Shown in pieces: positions 62,412 through 64,000 of a stretch of 64,000 nt of DNA (positions within the stretch are counted from its first letter, which is position 1; each line of letters starts with the position of its first letter). The notes under the pieces are model-generated. The model worked only from the letters and a program-made list of their open reading frames with translations. It did not search any database and was not told the origin of the DNA. The translations under genes and the position numbers were made by a program. The stretch is from Actinomycetes bacterium (GTDB lineage Bacteria > Actinomycetota > Thermoleophilia > RBG-16-64-13): positions 7,307 through 71,306 of the forward strand of contig JAJFUK010000086.1 in the NCBI GenBank assembly GCA_021372435.1. Direction: 5' to 3'.

Positions 62412-63760
62412 TGGTGGACATGGCCGAGGCTCTGAAGCGGGCCGCCGCGCTTGGTGCGGAAAAGACCATCGGGGAACTCAAGCAGGCCGGTCTGAGGGAC
62501 CGCGACTACGAGAACCTCTTGACCGGTCGTAGGCTCCAGGCGCATGCGCAGCTCGCGGGGAAGGGCAAGCGGGTCGTCTGTGATTGCGTCGACAGGGAAC
62601 CCGGGCTGGGCATCCAGCGACACCTTTTGGCTAGGGAGGCCGGTCTGGTCGCGGAAGGCGCGCTGATCGCGGCGTTCGTCACATCCTCGTTCGATGTGGT
62701 CGTCCATGTAGCCGAGGACGATGCGAAGGGGGCTGGTGCAGTCGCAGCGGCGCTGGAACGTTTCCGAGCGGCCTGCGCTCTCGGGAAGGACATGATGATC
62801 GAGACCGTGCGCAGGCCGCTCAGGCCGAATCTCAAGGGATACGAAGATGTGCCCACCTTGGTAGTGGATGGGGAGACACTGACGCACATAGGGCGCATCC
62901 TGCGAGACGGGGCCGACCATTACCGGCTGCAAGGCACACCGGGGAGCCCGGGAACGAAGCTTTTCCAGGTATCAGGCAGTGTGAACCAGACCGGGATCTT
63001 CGAGCTGGCCTTGGGTCTCACGCTGAGGCGCGTGATCGAAGATGTCTGTGGAGGAATCAAGGACGGGGACCGGCTCCAGTCGGTCATCGTGGGCGGGAGC
63101 AAGGGGGCCTGCTATGCGCCGGACGAGTTGGACCTGGTCCTTGACTTCGACAGCGTCAGGGAGTCGGGCGGGGTCATCGGGTCAGGCGGGATCGCGGTGC
63201 TGAACGAGCGGGACTGCATCGTCGACCAGGTGAAGGCGAGGATCGCCGTCGCCTGCAACGTGGACTGCGGGAAATGTTCGCTCGGTAGGGAAGGCTCCTA
63301 CCAACTCAGGGAGATCGTGGCCGATATGACCCGGGGGAAGAGCCGCAGTGGTGATCTCGAGATGCTGCGGGAGGTCGGACAGGCCATGCAGGTGGGGTGC
63401 GCCTGCGGTGCCGGCCGGACGACGCCCAACATCATCCTGTCCACCTTGGAGAAATTCCCCGATGATTACGAGGCCCACATGAAACGCCGGCTGTGCAGGG
63501 CCCTCGTCTGCGAACAGTACGTGACCTTCCACATCCTCCCCGACCTGTGCGACGGATGCGGGGTCTGCGCCGAGCGATGTCCGGAGGATGCCATCGAAGG
63601 CGGGACGAAGAAGATCCATGTCATCGACCAAGACTCCTGCACGAAGTGCGCGAAGTGCTATGAAGCGTGCCTTGACCTTCGCAAAGCCGTGGTCAAAGCA
63701 GGCCCCATCAAGCCGCGCACTCCAAAGAAGCCGATCCCGGCGGGGAGCTGGGGAGCCTGA
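62411..63760 (+). CDS. NuoF/RnfC-like (complex I 51-kDa family) Fe-S protein with C-terminal 2x[4Fe-4S] domain
   Basis: VVCDCVDREPGLGIQRHLL (ADESEPG-like), an SLBB-like segment, CGKCSLGREG (N3-cluster-like), and C-terminal CDGCGVCAERCP / CTKCAKCYEAC. Its start overlaps the previous stop by 1 nt. Confidence 0.82.
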   Translation: MVDMAEALKRAAALGAEKTIGELKQAGLRDRDYENLLTGRRLQAHAQLAGKGKRVVCDCVDREPGLGIQRHLLAREAGLVAEGALIAAFVTSSFDVVVHVAEDDAKGAGAVAAALERFRAACALGKDMMIETVRRPLRPNLKGYEDVPTLVVDGETLTHIGRILRDGADHYRLQGTPGSPGTKLFQVSGSVNQTGIFELALGLTLRRVIEDVCGGIKDGDRLQSVIVGGSKGACYAPDELDLVLDFDSVRESGGVIGSGGIAVLNERDCIVDQVKARIAVACNVDCGKCSLGREGSYQLREIVADMTRGKSRSGDLEMLREVGQAMQVGCACGAGRTTPNIILSTLEKFPDDYEAHMKRRLCRALVCEQYVTFHILPDLCDGCGVCAERCPEDAIEGGTKKIHVIDQDSCTKCAKCYEACLDLRKAVVKAGPIKPRTPKKPIPAGSWGA

Positions 63761-63779
63761 GTGCCGGCCCAGCCGCGGC

Positions 63780-63838
63780 GCCACGTCGACGTGCCGCCCA
63801 GTACCCATTGCGGACAGGCGGCCGCGCCTTCATCCTGG
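63780..63838. repeat. possible degenerate copy D of the palindromic repeat
   Basis: GCCGCCCAGTAC (63793-63804) resembles GCCGCCCAGTGC of copy B. GGCGGCCGCGCCTTCATCCTGG (63817-63838) resembles the reverse complement of CAAGATGAAGCCACGGCCGCC. It again lies between convergent gene ends. The match is weak. Confidence 0.3.
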
Positions 63839-63847
63839 ACGGGGGCC

Positions 63848-64000
63848 CTAGAGTCCGGCTGCGTTCTCTCCCGCGATCCGGCCGGAGTTCAAAGCGAAGC
63901 CCATGGAGTTGCCCGGAAGGATGAACGGATAACTGTCGCCGTAGATGGTACAGGCGTCCAAACCCGCGGCGTAGAGGCCGGGGATGGGATCGTGGTTCTC
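63848..64000 (-). CDS. C-terminal end of an FAD-dependent oxidoreductase (fumarate-reductase/succinate-dehydrogenase flavoprotein-like), N-terminus outside window
   Basis: The reverse translation reads ENHDPIPGLYAAGLDACTIYGDSYPFILPGNSMGFALNSGRIAGENAAGL*. The PIPGLYAAG...GRIAG ending is typical of FAD_binding_2 flavoproteins. Confidence 0.6.
   Translation of the reverse strand, partial: ENHDPIPGLYAAGLDACTIYGDSYPFILPGNSMGFALNSGRIAGENAAGL

Overview
GC-rich bacterial chromosomal segment. It shows strong third-position G/C bias, so nearly every real gene carries long antisense or alternate-frame shadow ORFs. Gene content looks Gram-positive/Actinomycetota-like: class E sortase, mycofactocin, MoxR-DUF58-transglutaminase, T-box ileS. 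That taxonomic placement is inference only. I call about 60 protein genes, 2 tRNAs (tRNA-Ala-CGC and tRNA-Sec), one T-box riboswitch with terminator, a palindromic intergenic repeat family (3 clear copies plus 1 degenerate), one coding 21-bp tandem repeat, and several weak promoter candidates. I saw no rRNA, CRISPR, transposase or integrase.

Gene order, left to right:
- DUF3160 lipoprotein (partial), nifU-nifS, ferredoxin, transglutaminase-DUF58-MoxR.
- T-box ileS, TPR lipoprotein, lipid kinase/PHP phosphatase/dtd/mtaB chain.
- GtrA-GT2-large membrane protein, QueG-like, YjbQ, tRNA-Ala.
- SPFH-NfeD-Asp23 block, phosphoesterase, IMPase, acidic HEAT protein.
- Sugar-nucleotide genes plus sortase, polyprenyl synthase.
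- selA-selB-selC, then a lower-GC MarR/SDR patch and a DMT transporter.
- Zn-ADH and a mycofactocin operon.
- A UGA-containing peroxiredoxin-like gene, dodecin, transporters, DUF6485.
- A MerR/TetR double-HTH regulator with two Fe-S flavoproteins.

Main points of interest:
1. One tightly coupled operon reads mftA-mftB-mftC-[FadH/OYE flavo-FeS enzyme]-[fixB-fixC-fixX-fixA ETF set]-mftF, with no mftD or mftE in the window. The mftA precursor is too short to appear in the ORF track.
2. A complete Sec-decoding locus (selA, selB, tRNA-Sec) is present. One concrete selenoprotein candidate, a peroxiredoxin-like gene, appears in the ORF track as two ORFs split at an in-frame TGA (UPFC redox motif), with a hairpin just downstream.
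3. The ileS T-box leader has a canonical Stem I (AUC specifier) but is unusually long.
4. A long-hairpin repeat family sits at gene ends.

All functional calls rest on motif recognition by eye. No database or covariance-model search could be run.
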